This document shows, one piece after another, positions 36,482 through 46,296 of a stretch of 64,000 nucleotides of DNA. The DNA is from Isoptericola halotolerans. GTDB taxonomy: Bacteria; Actinomycetota; Actinomycetes; Actinomycetales; Cellulomonadaceae. Position 1 is the stretch's first letter, and the number at the start of each line of letters is the position of its first letter. Location of the stretch: NCBI RefSeq assembly GCF_013149785.1, contig NZ_JABEZU010000004.1, positions 248,001 to 312,000 of the forward strand, given 5' to 3'. The notes under the pieces are model-generated. The model was not told where the DNA came from. It searched no databases and saw nothing but the letters and a program-made list of their open reading frames with translations. Made by a program: the position numbers and the translations under genes.

Positions 36482-38073
36482 ATGCGCCGTCGCACGAGCC
36501 TGGCTCGACAGCTCTTCCTGCTGCAGGTCGGTGTGGTGGTGCTCCTGGTCGGTGCGGGGACGCTGGTCGCGTTCCTCGACGCGCAGCGCGTCAGCGAGGC
36601 CGGGGCCGAGCGCAGGGTGCTCACCCTGGCTCGGCCCTGGCCGAGCTGCCCGAGGTCCGCTCCGCACTGACCGAGGACGATCCGTCGGCGGCCCTCCAGC
36701 CGGTCGCCGAGTCGGTGCGCGAGGCCACCGGCACCGACTTCGTCGTGTTCATGGCCACCGACCGTACCCGCTACACCCACCCGGACCCGGACCAGATCGG
36801 CGAGGCGTTCCTCGGCACCGTGGGACCGGCCCTGGAGGGCGGCACGGTGACCGAGACCTACGAGGGCACGCTCGGCCCGTCGGTCCGGGCCGTGCTGCCG
36901 GTGCACGACGAGGAGGGCGAGGTCGCGGCGCTGCTCTCCATCGGCGTCCTGCGCACGCAGATCGGCCAGGAGCTCCTCGCGAGGGTCCCGGCCCTGCTGG
37001 GGGTGGCCGGTGCCGCGATCGCGGTCGCCGCGCTCGGCTCCTGGGCCATCAGCCGGCGGCTGGACCGGCAGACCCTGGGGCTCGGACCCGTGGAGATCAC
37101 CCGCATGTACGAGCAGCACGACGCCGTGCTCCATGCGGTGCGGGAGGGCCTGCTGATCGTCGACCTCGACGGGAGGCTGTCGCTCGCCAACGACGAGGCC
37201 GCCCGTCTCCTCGACCTTCCCGAGGACGCGCAGGGACGGGACGTGGACGAGCTCGGGCTCGACGAGCCGTTGCGCTCCCTGCTGATCTCCGGCGAGCCGG
37301 TGAGCGACCGGCTGCTCGTGTACCGCGACCGGGTCCTCGTCGCCAGCTCGGAGCCGGCGACGAAGGACGGCACGGTGCTCGGTGTGGTCACCACGCTGCG
37401 CGACCACACCGAGCTCGAGACCCTGAACGACGAGCTCGACTCCGCCCGGGGGTTCGCCGAGGCGCTGCGCGCCCAGGCGCACGAGTCGGCGAACCGCCTG
37501 CACACCGTGGTGACGATGATCGAGCTCGGCCAGCCGGAGAAGGCGGTCGAGCTCGCCACCGTCGAGCTCGCCACCGCCCAGCAGCTCGCCGACCAGGTGG
37601 TCGGGTCGGTGGACGAGCCCGCCCTCGCCGCGCTGCTGCTCGGCAAGGCGGCGCAGGCCCACGAGAAGGGGGTCGAGCTGGTGGTCACCGACGACACCGA
37701 GGTGCGGGACGTCGACGTCCCGCCCCGCGACCTCGTCACCGTCGTCGGCAACCTCGTCGACAACGCCATCGACGCGGCGCTGGCCGCACCGCCACCGCGC
37801 CGGGTCACCGTCACGGCCCAGGGCCTGCAGGGCGGCCTGGTGCTCGAGGTCTCCGACTCCGGTGCCGGTGTGGACGCGGACCGGGTGGACGACATCTTCA
37901 CCCGCGGATGGACCACCAAGGAAGCCGCCGGCGCCCGGGGTCAGGGCCTCGGCCTCGCGCTCGTCCGCCAGGTCATCGGCCGGCACGGGGGCAGCGTCGA
38001 CGTGACGCACGACGGCGCGACGACGTTCACCGTGCGGCTGCCCGGCACGCGACCCGGAGGTGATGCGGCGTGA
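36482..38073 (+). pseudogene. CitA/DcuS-family sensor kinase, frameshifted near 36635
   Basis: N-terminal TM in ORF 36482-36670; Cache (RYTHP), PAS, AQAHE..NRLH, GNLVDNA, G.GL in the frame of ORF 36715-38073. Confidence 0.8.
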
Positions 38074-38750
38074 CGATCAGGACGCTCGTCGTGGAGGACG
38101 ACCCGCAGATCGCCGCGGCGCACGCCGAGTTCGTCACGCGCGTCCCCGGTTTCACCACTGCCGGCGTCGTGCACCGCGGCAAGGAGGCCTGGGAGTTCGT
38201 CGCGAGCCACGACGTCGACCTCGTCCTGCTGGACTTCTACCTCCCGGACATGACCGGGCTCGACGTCTGCCGGGGCCTGCGGGCGAAGGGCCACCTGGTC
38301 GACATCATCGCGGTCACCTCCGCCCGGGACATCCGCGTGGTCCGGTCGGTCGTGGCCTACGGCGTGGTCCAGTACCTGCTCAAGCCGTTCACGCTCGCCG
38401 CCTTCAAGGACAAGCTCGAGCGCTACGCCGCCTTCCGCGACCAGCTCACCGAGCACGGCACCGAGGCGGCCCAGCAGGACGTCGACCGCGCGTTCGCGGC
38501 GCTGCGAGGCGGCGGTCAGGCGGCGGTGCCGAAGGGCCTGAGCGAGGCCACGCTAGACGCCGTCGTGGACCTGTTGCGCGCGGCCGGCGAGGCGGGCCTG
38601 TCCGCCGCCGACCTGGGCGACCGGCTCGGCACCGCACGGGTGACGGCGCGCCGCTACCTCGAGCACCTCGCGCACCACGACCTCGCCGTCCGGGTCCCCC
38701 GGTACGGCGGGCCCGGGCGCCCGGAGCACATCTACCGCTGGCGCTCCTGA
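38070..38750 (+). CDS. CitB/DcuR-family response regulator
   Basis: VVEDD, LLD.YLPD, YLLKPF, PKGLS..TL, RVTARRYLE. Confidence 0.9.
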   Translation: MTIRTLVVEDDPQIAAAHAEFVTRVPGFTTAGVVHRGKEAWEFVASHDVDLVLLDFYLPDMTGLDVCRGLRAKGHLVDIIAVTSARDIRVVRSVVAYGVVQYLLKPFTLAAFKDKLERYAAFRDQLTEHGTEAAQQDVDRAFAALRGGGQAAVPKGLSEATLDAVVDLLRAAGEAGLSAADLGDRLGTARVTARRYLEHLAHHDLAVRVPRYGGPGRPEHIYRWRS

Positions 38751-38796
38751 GCGCCGTCGGCCCAGGGATGTCGGAGCCGCCTGGGACGCTCGGCTC

Positions 38797-39165
38797 ATGT
38801 CATCGAGAGACGTGATCGAGCAGCTCGCCGAGGTCATCGACGGTCACCGCTGGGAGGACCTGCCCGGTCTGCTCCACCCGGACTTCACCTGCCGGCTGGT
38901 GCACACCGGCGAGACGTTCGACCGCGTCGGGTGGGTGCGGCTCAACGCCGAGTACCCGGGGTTCGAGCGGTTCGAGCTGCTCGACTGCGTCGCCGAGGGC
39001 GACCGGGCGGTCTCGCGCGCCCACGTCACCGGGACGAGCGCCGGTGAGCGGCAGCACTTCGAGGTGGCGAGCTTCGTCACGGTGCACGACGGGCTCGTCA
39101 CCGAGATGACGGAGGTGTGGACGGACGTCGACCAGACCCCGCCGCCGGGGTCCCGGCCGGAGTGA
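38797..39165 (+). CDS. SnoaL-like/NTF2 family protein
   Basis: W..L..LLHPD, TGE.F, EVWTD. Confidence 0.8.
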   Translation: MSSRDVIEQLAEVIDGHRWEDLPGLLHPDFTCRLVHTGETFDRVGWVRLNAEYPGFERFELLDCVAEGDRAVSRAHVTGTSAGERQHFEVASFVTVHDGLVTEMTEVWTDVDQTPPPGSRPE

Positions 39166-39198
39166 CGGCGGAGGCCGCAGGCCCCTCCGCCCCCCTGC

Positions 39199-40269
39199 TC
39201 AGCGCAGCTCGGAGAACCGCCAGAAGCCGAAGTCCTCGATCGGCAGGTCGGTCACGTCCTTGAAGCCGGCCTCGTGGGCGTACCGCTCCAGCACAGGACG
39301 CCGCATCACCGTCCCGGTGCCGGCGCTGCCGGGGTGGCTGAGGCTGTCGGGCAGGCAGCACAACGTGCTGAACCCGTACAGCGCGCGCTGGACGAGGTCG
39401 GCGGGGGTGGTGAGCGCGTCGTCGGCGGCCTCGTCCATGACGACGACGAAGCCCCCGTCGGAGAGCGACCTGCGCACCGCGGTGAGCACCTCCACCGGGC
39501 GGGGCATGTCGTGCAGGCACTCGAAGAGAAACACGACGTCGTACGGACCACCCTCGACGTCCTCCCCGGCGCTGTGGACGAGCTCGACGTTCTCGACGCC
39601 CCGCTCCGCGGCGATGGTCCGGGCGCGCTCGACCGAAGGGCCGTCGACGTCGATGCCCACCACCCTGGCCTGCGGGTAGGCGCGTGCCAGCGCGACCGTC
39701 GACCAGCCGTACCCGCACCCGACGTCCGCCACGGCCGCCCCGGGCCGGCCGAGCGCCTCGTGCAGGTGCGGCACGCCGGCGAGCTCACCGGGCAGCACCT
39801 GCTCGAACCACGGCCGGTTCATGTCCGCCTGACCCTCGCGGGCGTCGTCGCCGAGCTGGTCCCACGACACCCCGCCGCCGTGGCGGTACGCCTCCACCAG
39901 GGCGGGGAGCTGGACCGCGGAGGCTGCGACGAGCCGGACGAACGGCGCGAGGAGATCGGTCGAGCGGACGTCGGTGAACACGGCGACACCCTCCGCGTCG
40001 AGGCCGAAGCGCGGGCCTGCCCCGCCGCCTCCGGACACCCCTCCGTCGTCGACGGTGAGGAATCCCGCCGCCGCCTGCTGCTCGCACCACTCCCGGGCGT
40101 AGCGCTCCTGGGTGTGCGTCCGCTCGGCGAGCTCGGCCGGGGTGAGCCGGCCGACCGCAGCCAGCTCGCGGTACCAGCCCAGCCGGTCCCCGAGGTAGAT
40201 GCTGAGCCCTTCCATCATCGCGACGCCGGTCTCGAAGACCCGGTCGGCGAGGGGCGCGTCGATGCCCAT
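39199..40269 (-). CDS. Class I SAM-dependent methyltransferase with N-terminal wHTH
   Basis: GDRLGWY, ERYAREW, DVGCGYG, ECLHD. Confidence 0.88.
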   Translation of the reverse strand: MGIDAPLADRVFETGVAMMEGLSIYLGDRLGWYRELAAVGRLTPAELAERTHTQERYAREWCEQQAAAGFLTVDDGGVSGGGGAGPRFGLDAEGVAVFTDVRSTDLLAPFVRLVAASAVQLPALVEAYRHGGGVSWDQLGDDAREGQADMNRPWFEQVLPGELAGVPHLHEALGRPGAAVADVGCGYGWSTVALARAYPQARVVGIDVDGPSVERARTIAAERGVENVELVHSAGEDVEGGPYDVVFLFECLHDMPRPVEVLTAVRRSLSDGGFVVVMDEAADDALTTPADLVQRALYGFSTLCCLPDSLSHPGSAGTGTVMRRPVLERYAHEAGFKDVTDLPIEDFGFWRFSELR

Positions 40270-40327
40270 CCTTCGATGGTGCGCCTCGTCCCGGCGCTCG
40301 CGACCGCGCCGCAGGGTGAATCTGCGC

Positions 40328-41446
40328 TCAGCCCCGCCCGCAGGTGCGGCACGTGCCACGCCGCCGCAGCCAGTAGGCGTAGGTGGCCGCACCGAGGGCG
40401 AGCGACCAGAGCGGCCACAGGAAGGCTGGTCCCACGGCAGCCCACGTCTCGGCGTCGAGCCCGAACAGTCCCTCGGACAGACCGATCGCGATCATGGACA
40501 CCCCGGCGGGAAGCACGGCCACCGCGACGACGGTCGCGGGGACGACGGCGAGACCGACCGGGACCCGCTCGCCGGCGAGGCCCAGCGTCCAGCGGGGGAA
40601 GACGTCGCCCCAGCGCTGGTAGAGACCGAGCGTGAGCACCGCGCCCAGCAGGGCGAACGAGCCCAGCCCGACCGGCCCGAGCAGGTCCACCCCGCGCATC
40701 GACTCGACCTCCTCCCGCGAGAAGCCCAGCGGGATCCCCAGTGCCCACGCGATGCGGGTGAGGCCGTAGAACGCCGGGACGGCCGCAGCCACGAGCGCCG
40801 CGGTGCGGCCCCGTCGCAGCGCGGCTGCCGGCGTCGTCCACGCCGGGACCACGCCGTCGTGCCGGCGCCCGCACCGCTCGCACGCTCCTCTGCCGCGCCG
40901 CGCGGACCGGACCGTGGCCACCGCGAGCAGCACCGCGCCGCCCAGCGCCCCGGCCTGGAGCAGGAACGCCGGCTCCCCGTAGTAGCCGAGGGCCTCGCGC
41001 ACCTCGGCGCTGAACGCCGACGTCACCACGAGCGCGGGCAGGTAGCCGAGACCGGCCAGGACCGTCGCGTCCACCAGGAGCAGGCAGGCCAGCAGGACGA
41101 CGCTCGTGCCACCGACCAGGACGACGCGCGCGCCGCGCCCGGTCGGCCGCCCCGCACGCATCCACACCGCGAGCAGCGACCCGAGGGCTGCGAGCGCCAC
41201 GACCCCACCGGCAAGGGTGGTAGCGGAGACGTCGCGGAGCAGCCCGTGGTTGATCGCCTCGGGTGCGGCGACCGCGGGGCCTACCGTCCCCCGCAGGACG
41301 AGGGCGAGGGCCAGGCCGGCGAGCCACCACAGGACGGCGAGGGTCTCGACCCGGCGGCCCCCTCGTGACGGGACCCTGGGTGGCGGGGCCCTGGGTGGCG
41401 GGACGCTGGGCGGTGAGGACCGGTGCGGTGCTTCGTTCGTGGTCAT
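40328..41446 (-). CDS. Multi-pass membrane protein with two CxxC motifs
   Basis: Several TM helices; CERCGR and terminal CRTCGR. Confidence 0.7.
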   Translation of the reverse strand: MTTNEAPHRSSPPSVPPPRAPPPRVPSRGGRRVETLAVLWWLAGLALALVLRGTVGPAVAAPEAINHGLLRDVSATTLAGGVVALAALGSLLAVWMRAGRPTGRGARVVLVGGTSVVLLACLLLVDATVLAGLGYLPALVVTSAFSAEVREALGYYGEPAFLLQAGALGGAVLLAVATVRSARRGRGACERCGRRHDGVVPAWTTPAAALRRGRTAALVAAAVPAFYGLTRIAWALGIPLGFSREEVESMRGVDLLGPVGLGSFALLGAVLTLGLYQRWGDVFPRWTLGLAGERVPVGLAVVPATVVAVAVLPAGVSMIAIGLSEGLFGLDAETWAAVGPAFLWPLWSLALGAATYAYWLRRRGTCRTCGRG

Positions 41447-41500
41447 GCCTCGAGCCTCGCGGGAGCCGGAGGACGGCGGATCCCCCGCCGCGACCACTCC

Positions 41501-41523
41501 CCTCCCCCGGTCGGGGGAACGTC
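41501..41523. promoter_or_regulatory. Probable response-regulator site, copy 1
   Basis: CCTCCCCCGGTCGGGGGAACGTC, identical to 43626-43648. Confidence 0.65.
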
Positions 41524-42226
41524 AGCCGGCCTGCACGAACCCCGAGGTGTACGCCCGGACCACGGCCTGGGTGCGGTCCCGGACGCCCAGCTTGCCCAGC
41601 ACGTTGCCCACGTGGGTGCGCACCGTCTCGACACCGAGGTATAGCGCGGCCGCGATCTCGGCGTTCGACATCCCGTCCGCCATCAGCCGCAGCACCTCCC
41701 CCTCCCGCTCGGTGAGCCGGGCCGAGGCGAGCGCGTCGCCCGACGGCGGCCGTGCGGTGGCGAGGCGTCGCACGGCGTCGGGGAACAGCAGCGAGTCGCC
41801 CCGGGCGACCAGGTGCACGGCGGCCCGCGCGATCTCGTCGGGACGCGCTCGCTTCAGCAGGAACCCCTGCGCGCCCGCCTGGAGGGCGTCGAGCACGTGG
41901 TCGTCGTTCTCGAAGGTGGTCAGCACGAGCACCCGGGGCGTGGGCCCTCGTCGGGCGGGGTCGAGGAGGGCTCGCGTCGCGGCGATGCCGTCCACGCGCG
42001 GCATCCGCACGTCCATGAGCACCACGTCGGGCGTCGTGTCGGCGACGAGCCGCAGGACGCCCGTGCCGTCCTCGGCCTCCCCGACCACCCGGAGGCCCGG
42101 CTCGGCGTCGAGCACGACCCGCAGCCCGGCACGCACCAGCGGCTCGTCGTCGACGATCGCGACCCGCACCGGTCCTGCGCCGGTCGCTGCGCCGTCGCCG
42201 TCACCGTCACCGTGGAAGGACCTCAC
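41522..42226 (-). CDS. NarL/LuxR family response regulator
   Basis: IVDDE, LMDVRMP, LTTF, LTEREGEVL, SN.EIA; GTG overlaps the kinase stop. Confidence 0.9.
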   Translation of the reverse strand: MRSFHGDGDGDGAATGAGPVRVAIVDDEPLVRAGLRVVLDAEPGLRVVGEAEDGTGVLRLVADTTPDVVLMDVRMPRVDGIAATRALLDPARRGPTPRVLVLTTFENDDHVLDALQAGAQGFLLKRARPDEIARAAVHLVARGDSLLFPDAVRRLATARPPSGDALASARLTEREGEVLRLMADGMSNAEIAAALYLGVETVRTHVGNVLGKLGVRDRTQAVVRAYTSGFVQAG

Positions 42227-43593
42227 GTGGCGGATCCTCTCGCACCCAGCGGGAGGCGCGCCCGCACCGCCCACCGGTGCGCGCCGTCCCGGTCCCCCGG
42301 CGCCGCGACCGCCGGTTCGGGCCCAGCCGCGAGGTGGCCGTCGAGGAGACGCACCCGGTCGGCCATCCCGGGCAGGCCACGACCCCCGCCTGCCGCACGG
42401 CCCGCTGCGGCGCCGCCCACCGGCGTCGACGTCGCGGGCCGGACCGCGTTGAAGACCTCGATCTCCAACGCCTCGTCCTGCACCGCCAGAGCGACCTCGA
42501 CCGTGGCGCCCGGCGCGTGCCGGACGGCGTTGGTCAGCGCCTCCTGCACGATGCGGTAGGCCTCCCGGGACACGGCCGCCGGCACGTCGGTCCGGTCCAC
42601 CTGCGGGTCGGTGGACAGCACGGCGCTGGTCCCCGCGCGCCGTGCCTCCGCCACCAGGTCGGCCAGGTGGCGCAGGCCGCGCGCCGGTGGCGCCGGGACG
42701 GGGGTGCCGGTCGGTGGCGTGTCGGTGGACCCGGTGTGCGCTCGCAGCAGCCCGAGCACGTGGTCGAGGTCGGCCATCGCGGTGCGACCGGTCTCCTCGA
42801 CGGCGGCGAGCGCCCGGCGGGCGGCCTCGGGGTCGGAGTCGATCTGGCGTGCGGCCGCGGCCGCCTGCAACGTGGTGATCGTCAGGGCGTGGCCCACCGA
42901 GTCGTGCAGCTCGCGGGCGAGCCGGCCCCGTTCGGCGGCACGGCGGGCGTCGGCCTCGAGCTCGGCGATGCGTGCCGACTGGTCGGGCCCGAGCAGGGGG
43001 ACCGCCGCCTGCCGCAGCACCCGGCGGGCGAGCGCGACGAGGTACGGCAGCGCGAGCAGCAGGACGACCGCCAGCGCGACCCAGGCGACCGGGCTGTCAC
43101 TGATCATCGGCACGGTGACGCGCAGGAAGTCCCGGTCGACCCCCACCGCGGAGAGCACGAGCTGGGTGGCCAGCGGCACCGCGAGCAGGAGGCCGACGGT
43201 GACGGCGGCACCGAGCACCAGGTGCAGGACGTACCAGGCGGCGCCCCGCCACCGGGTGGCGGGGCTCGGCCGGCCCGACGGCTCGGGGAGGTCGACGGCG
43301 TCCACGTCGAGGAAGGTCCGCACGGCCAGGACCTGGAGCGTGCGGACCGGCTCGAGGAACGGCGGTGTCCCGACGATCGCGGCGGACAGCAGGGCGAGGA
43401 CGACGACGGCGGCGCGGGGCACCCCCGTGTCGGCGAGCATCTGCACGAATCCGACGACCAGCGTCAGGTAGGCGCCCGCGAGGACGCCGCCGATGATCAG
43501 GTAGACCCCGGCCCGCACGGTCGACGCGCTGGTCAGCGGGCGCAGGGCGCCCCGCGGTCCGGGGCGCCGTCGTCGGGCCGTGGGGGTCGCCAT
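42223..43593 (-). CDS. HisKA_3 sensor histidine kinase
   Basis: ARELHDSVGH, YRIVQEALTNAVRHA, GRGL.GM. Confidence 0.9.
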   Translation of the reverse strand: MATPTARRRRPGPRGALRPLTSASTVRAGVYLIIGGVLAGAYLTLVVGFVQMLADTGVPRAAVVVLALLSAAIVGTPPFLEPVRTLQVLAVRTFLDVDAVDLPEPSGRPSPATRWRGAAWYVLHLVLGAAVTVGLLLAVPLATQLVLSAVGVDRDFLRVTVPMISDSPVAWVALAVVLLLALPYLVALARRVLRQAAVPLLGPDQSARIAELEADARRAAERGRLARELHDSVGHALTITTLQAAAAARQIDSDPEAARRALAAVEETGRTAMADLDHVLGLLRAHTGSTDTPPTGTPVPAPPARGLRHLADLVAEARRAGTSAVLSTDPQVDRTDVPAAVSREAYRIVQEALTNAVRHAPGATVEVALAVQDEALEIEVFNAVRPATSTPVGGAAAGRAAGGGRGLPGMADRVRLLDGHLAAGPEPAVAAPGDRDGAHRWAVRARLPLGARGSAT

Positions 43594-43625
43594 TCGGCCA
43601 GTCTGCCGAGCACGTCGGCGCAGCG

Positions 43626-43648
43626 CCTCCCCCGGTCGGGGGAACGTC
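43626..43648. promoter_or_regulatory. Probable response-regulator site, copy 2
   Basis: Identical 23-mer upstream of the kinase gene. Confidence 0.65.
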
Positions 43649-44296
43649 TCAGGCGGCGAGCTGCTGGCCGCTCATCCGGTGGATCGACGTCATGACCTCG
43701 TCGGTGAGCCGGCGTCGCGCCTGGGCCGGCCGCGCGCCGGCCTCGATCTGCCGGGAGGGGTCGATCGGGGTGCCGAAGTCGACCCTGATCCCCCGGGTGA
43801 GCCGAGGTATCCGCTTGCCGACGGGCTGCACCTTGTCGGTGCCGCGCAGGGCGACCGGCACCACGGGTGCGGCGCCGGCGAGCGCCAGCCAGGCCACCCC
43901 GGTGTGGCCCTTCTGCAGCCGTCCGTCCCGGGACCGGGTGCCCTCGGGGTAGATGCCGAACGCGTCGCCGCGTCGGAGCACCTGCAGGGCGTCCTCGAGG
44001 GACCGCTGCCCGGCGCGCGGGTCCTCGCGGTCCACGGGGATGTGCCCCATGGTCGTGAAGAACCAGCGCGAGACGCGGCCCCGCACGCCCCGACCTGTCC
44101 AGTACTCCGCCTTGGCGATGAAGGTGACGTGCCGCGGCACCACCAGCGGCAGGATGATCGAGTCGATGAACGACAGGTGGTTGCTCGCGATGATGACGGG
44201 ACCGCGACGGGGGATGTGGTGCAGGCCGGTGACCTGGGGACGCAGGAACACGTACACCAGGAGCGACAGCACGAGCTTGAGGATGCGGTACGTCAC
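43649..44296 (-). CDS. Lysophospholipid acyltransferase (PlsC-like)
   Basis: SNHLSFID, YPEGTRS. Confidence 0.9.
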   Translation of the reverse strand: MTYRILKLVLSLLVYVFLRPQVTGLHHIPRRGPVIIASNHLSFIDSIILPLVVPRHVTFIAKAEYWTGRGVRGRVSRWFFTTMGHIPVDREDPRAGQRSLEDALQVLRRGDAFGIYPEGTRSRDGRLQKGHTGVAWLALAGAAPVVPVALRGTDKVQPVGKRIPRLTRGIRVDFGTPIDPSRQIEAGARPAQARRRLTDEVMTSIHRMSGQQLAA

Positions 44297-44343
44297 CGGC
44301 CCATTGTGCCCCCGGTCGCTGCCCGAGGCACCCCCCTCTCGGT

Positions 44344-45603
44344 TCAGCCGAGCGTGACGAGGTAGTCCTCGGCGTCGTCGTCCCAGGCCAGGGCGACGGC
44401 GTCGGCGGCAGCAGCAGCCTTGCAGAACTGCAGGAACCCGCCGTAGCCGAGCGCCTTCTCGGAGAAGTCGGGCCGGCGCTTGCGCACGTGGTTCTTCAGG
44501 CCGGAGAGCGCGGCGGTGCCACCCGCCTCCTGGACGACGGTGCGCAGCAGGTCGAACGCCTTGGCGCTGTCGGGCTGCTCGGGCAGCTCGACCACGGGGT
44601 CGCCGGAGGACGGCCCGTCGGTGAGGACGACGACGTCGCGGTCGGCGAGGTAGCGCAGGAACTCCCCGAAGGTGCGGAAGCCGTAGTCGGACTCGCTGAA
44701 GGTCGGCTCCTTGCGCACGAGCGTGCGCTTGAGCTGGGAGGCGGTGACGGAGCCGGAGGCCGACCCCTGCAGACCGGCGAGGGTCTGGGCGACCTTGACC
44801 TCCATGGTGGGCGGCTCGCCCGCGGGGGCGTCGTCGTCCTCGTCGTTGGCCGGCTCGGGCGCCCGGTCGGGCACGTCCACGGGTTCCGGGAGCGTGATCT
44901 CGGGCTTCTTGCGTCGCGTCCTGCCCGTCGTGCCGGACGCCGTGCCCGACGGCGCGTCGGCGGTGGCGTCGGCCGGGGTGGCCGCGGCGTCGGCCGGGGC
45001 ACTGTCAGGCACGGGTGCGGTCTTGGCCCGGCCGGTGCTGGTGCCGGCGGTACGGGTGCCGGCACGGCCGGAGCCGGAGCGCTTCGTGGTGCTCTTCTTG
45101 GGCCGCGACTCGCTCTCGTCGGGGACGTCCACACCCTCGAGGCGGTCGTAGAAGAGGAACTCGTCGCAGGCGGAGGGCAGCAGGCGGGAGGTCGACTTCT
45201 CGACGCCGACGCCGATGACGCGCTTGTCGAGTTCGCGCAGCTTGTGCACCAGCGGGGAGAAGTCGGAGTCGCCTGTACACATGACGAAGGTCGAGATGTA
45301 CTCCCGCTCGAAGGCCATCTCGATGGCGTCGACGACCATCTTGATGTCAGCAGCGTTCTTGCGCGAGGCGCCCATCCGCTGCGGCATCTCGATGAGCTCG
45401 ACCTGGTGGCGGGTGAGCATCCGGCGGTCCTCGTCGAAGTACGACCAGTCCGCGTACGCGCGCCGCGTCACCACCCGGCCGCGCACCGCGAGGGCGTCGG
45501 CGATCGGCTGGAAGTCGAACTGCATGCCACCCAGGTGCTCCCGGGCGCCGAGCGCGAGGTTCTCGTAGTCGAGGAAGACGGCAAGGCGCTCTTCGGTGTC
45601 CAT
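44344..45603 (-). CDS. NYN (PIN-like) domain protein with two OST-HTH/LOTUS domains
   Basis: FLDYEN, KNAADI, GDSDF, CDEF; FSE..YGF..F repeated twice. Confidence 0.85.
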   Translation of the reverse strand: MDTEERLAVFLDYENLALGAREHLGGMQFDFQPIADALAVRGRVVTRRAYADWSYFDEDRRMLTRHQVELIEMPQRMGASRKNAADIKMVVDAIEMAFEREYISTFVMCTGDSDFSPLVHKLRELDKRVIGVGVEKSTSRLLPSACDEFLFYDRLEGVDVPDESESRPKKSTTKRSGSGRAGTRTAGTSTGRAKTAPVPDSAPADAAATPADATADAPSGTASGTTGRTRRKKPEITLPEPVDVPDRAPEPANDEDDDAPAGEPPTMEVKVAQTLAGLQGSASGSVTASQLKRTLVRKEPTFSESDYGFRTFGEFLRYLADRDVVVLTDGPSSGDPVVELPEQPDSAKAFDLLRTVVQEAGGTAALSGLKNHVRKRRPDFSEKALGYGGFLQFCKAAAAADAVALAWDDDAEDYLVTLG

Positions 45604-45774
45604 GCCCGCCAGCCTACGGGTGCGCGGGACACCCTGCGTGGTCCCGGGACCACCCATCCCGTCACAGCGCTCCGCCCAGATCCTCGCCGCGCTCCGCCCA
45701 GCCGACCGACCGGGCCCGCTGGAGGCCCCGGATCCCGACCGACCGTGTGGTCATACCACCAGGGAGGGAGACCC

Positions 45775-45948
45775 ATGTACCAGGGAACCACCATCGGATC
45801 GGGCGGAGCGCTGGCCATGACCGGCGCGGCCGCCACCGTCTACGGGATCGTCGGAGCCTGGACGCTCGTCGTCGCAGGGCTCGCGCTGCTGACGATCGTG
45901 CGGGTCATGGCCCGGCGTCGCCGTGCGGTCCCCGAGCCGAGCCGGTGA
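45775..45948 (+). CDS. 57-aa protein consisting almost entirely of a LAxTG sortase-type sorting signal
   Basis: RBS AGGGAGGGAG; MYQGTTIGSGGA-LAMTG-hydrophobic helix-RRRR. Confidence 0.7.
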   Translation: MYQGTTIGSGGALAMTGAAATVYGIVGAWTLVVAGLALLTIVRVMARRRRAVPEPSR

Positions 45949-46184
45949 GCCGCCGCTCGGCCCCGAGCACCGTCACCGTGCCGGCCGCTCGGTACCGAGC
46001 CCGCTCACCGCGAGCGCCTCGAGGGCCCGGTCGCGCAGGGCCCGGGCGCCTCGCAGCCGCAGGACCCGGTGGCCGGCGTCGTCGAGCAGGTCGCCGGCGC
46101 GGCGGAGGATCGACGTCCGCGACGCGATCTCATCATGCGGTCGCGGTTGTCCGTAGGGTGGTCGGTGCGTAGAGTCGGTCACGA

Positions 46185-46290
46185 AGCCATCCAGAGCGGC
46201 CGAGAGTCCTGGCTCGACGACGCCGCAGCAACCCGTTCTCCGACGGAAGCCTCCCGAGGACGAAGGTGCTCAACACCAGGCCCGATGGAG
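46185..46290 (+). ncRNA. SAM riboswitch (SAM-I clan)
   Basis: CCATCCAGAG..GAGAG.CCTGGC..GAC..GCAACC...GGTGC..CCAGG..GATGG directly upstream of metF-metE. Confidence 0.85.
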
Positions 46291-46296
46291 TGACGC

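Noticed and set aside
41371..41413. Three imperfect 15-bp tandem repeats
   Set aside because: Simply encode a Pro-rich N-terminal linker; no spacers, not CRISPR
45973..46182. 69-aa minus-strand ORF
   Set aside because: Its 5' part overlaps the probable riboswitch promoter; at most a gene fragment, not supportable as a CDS
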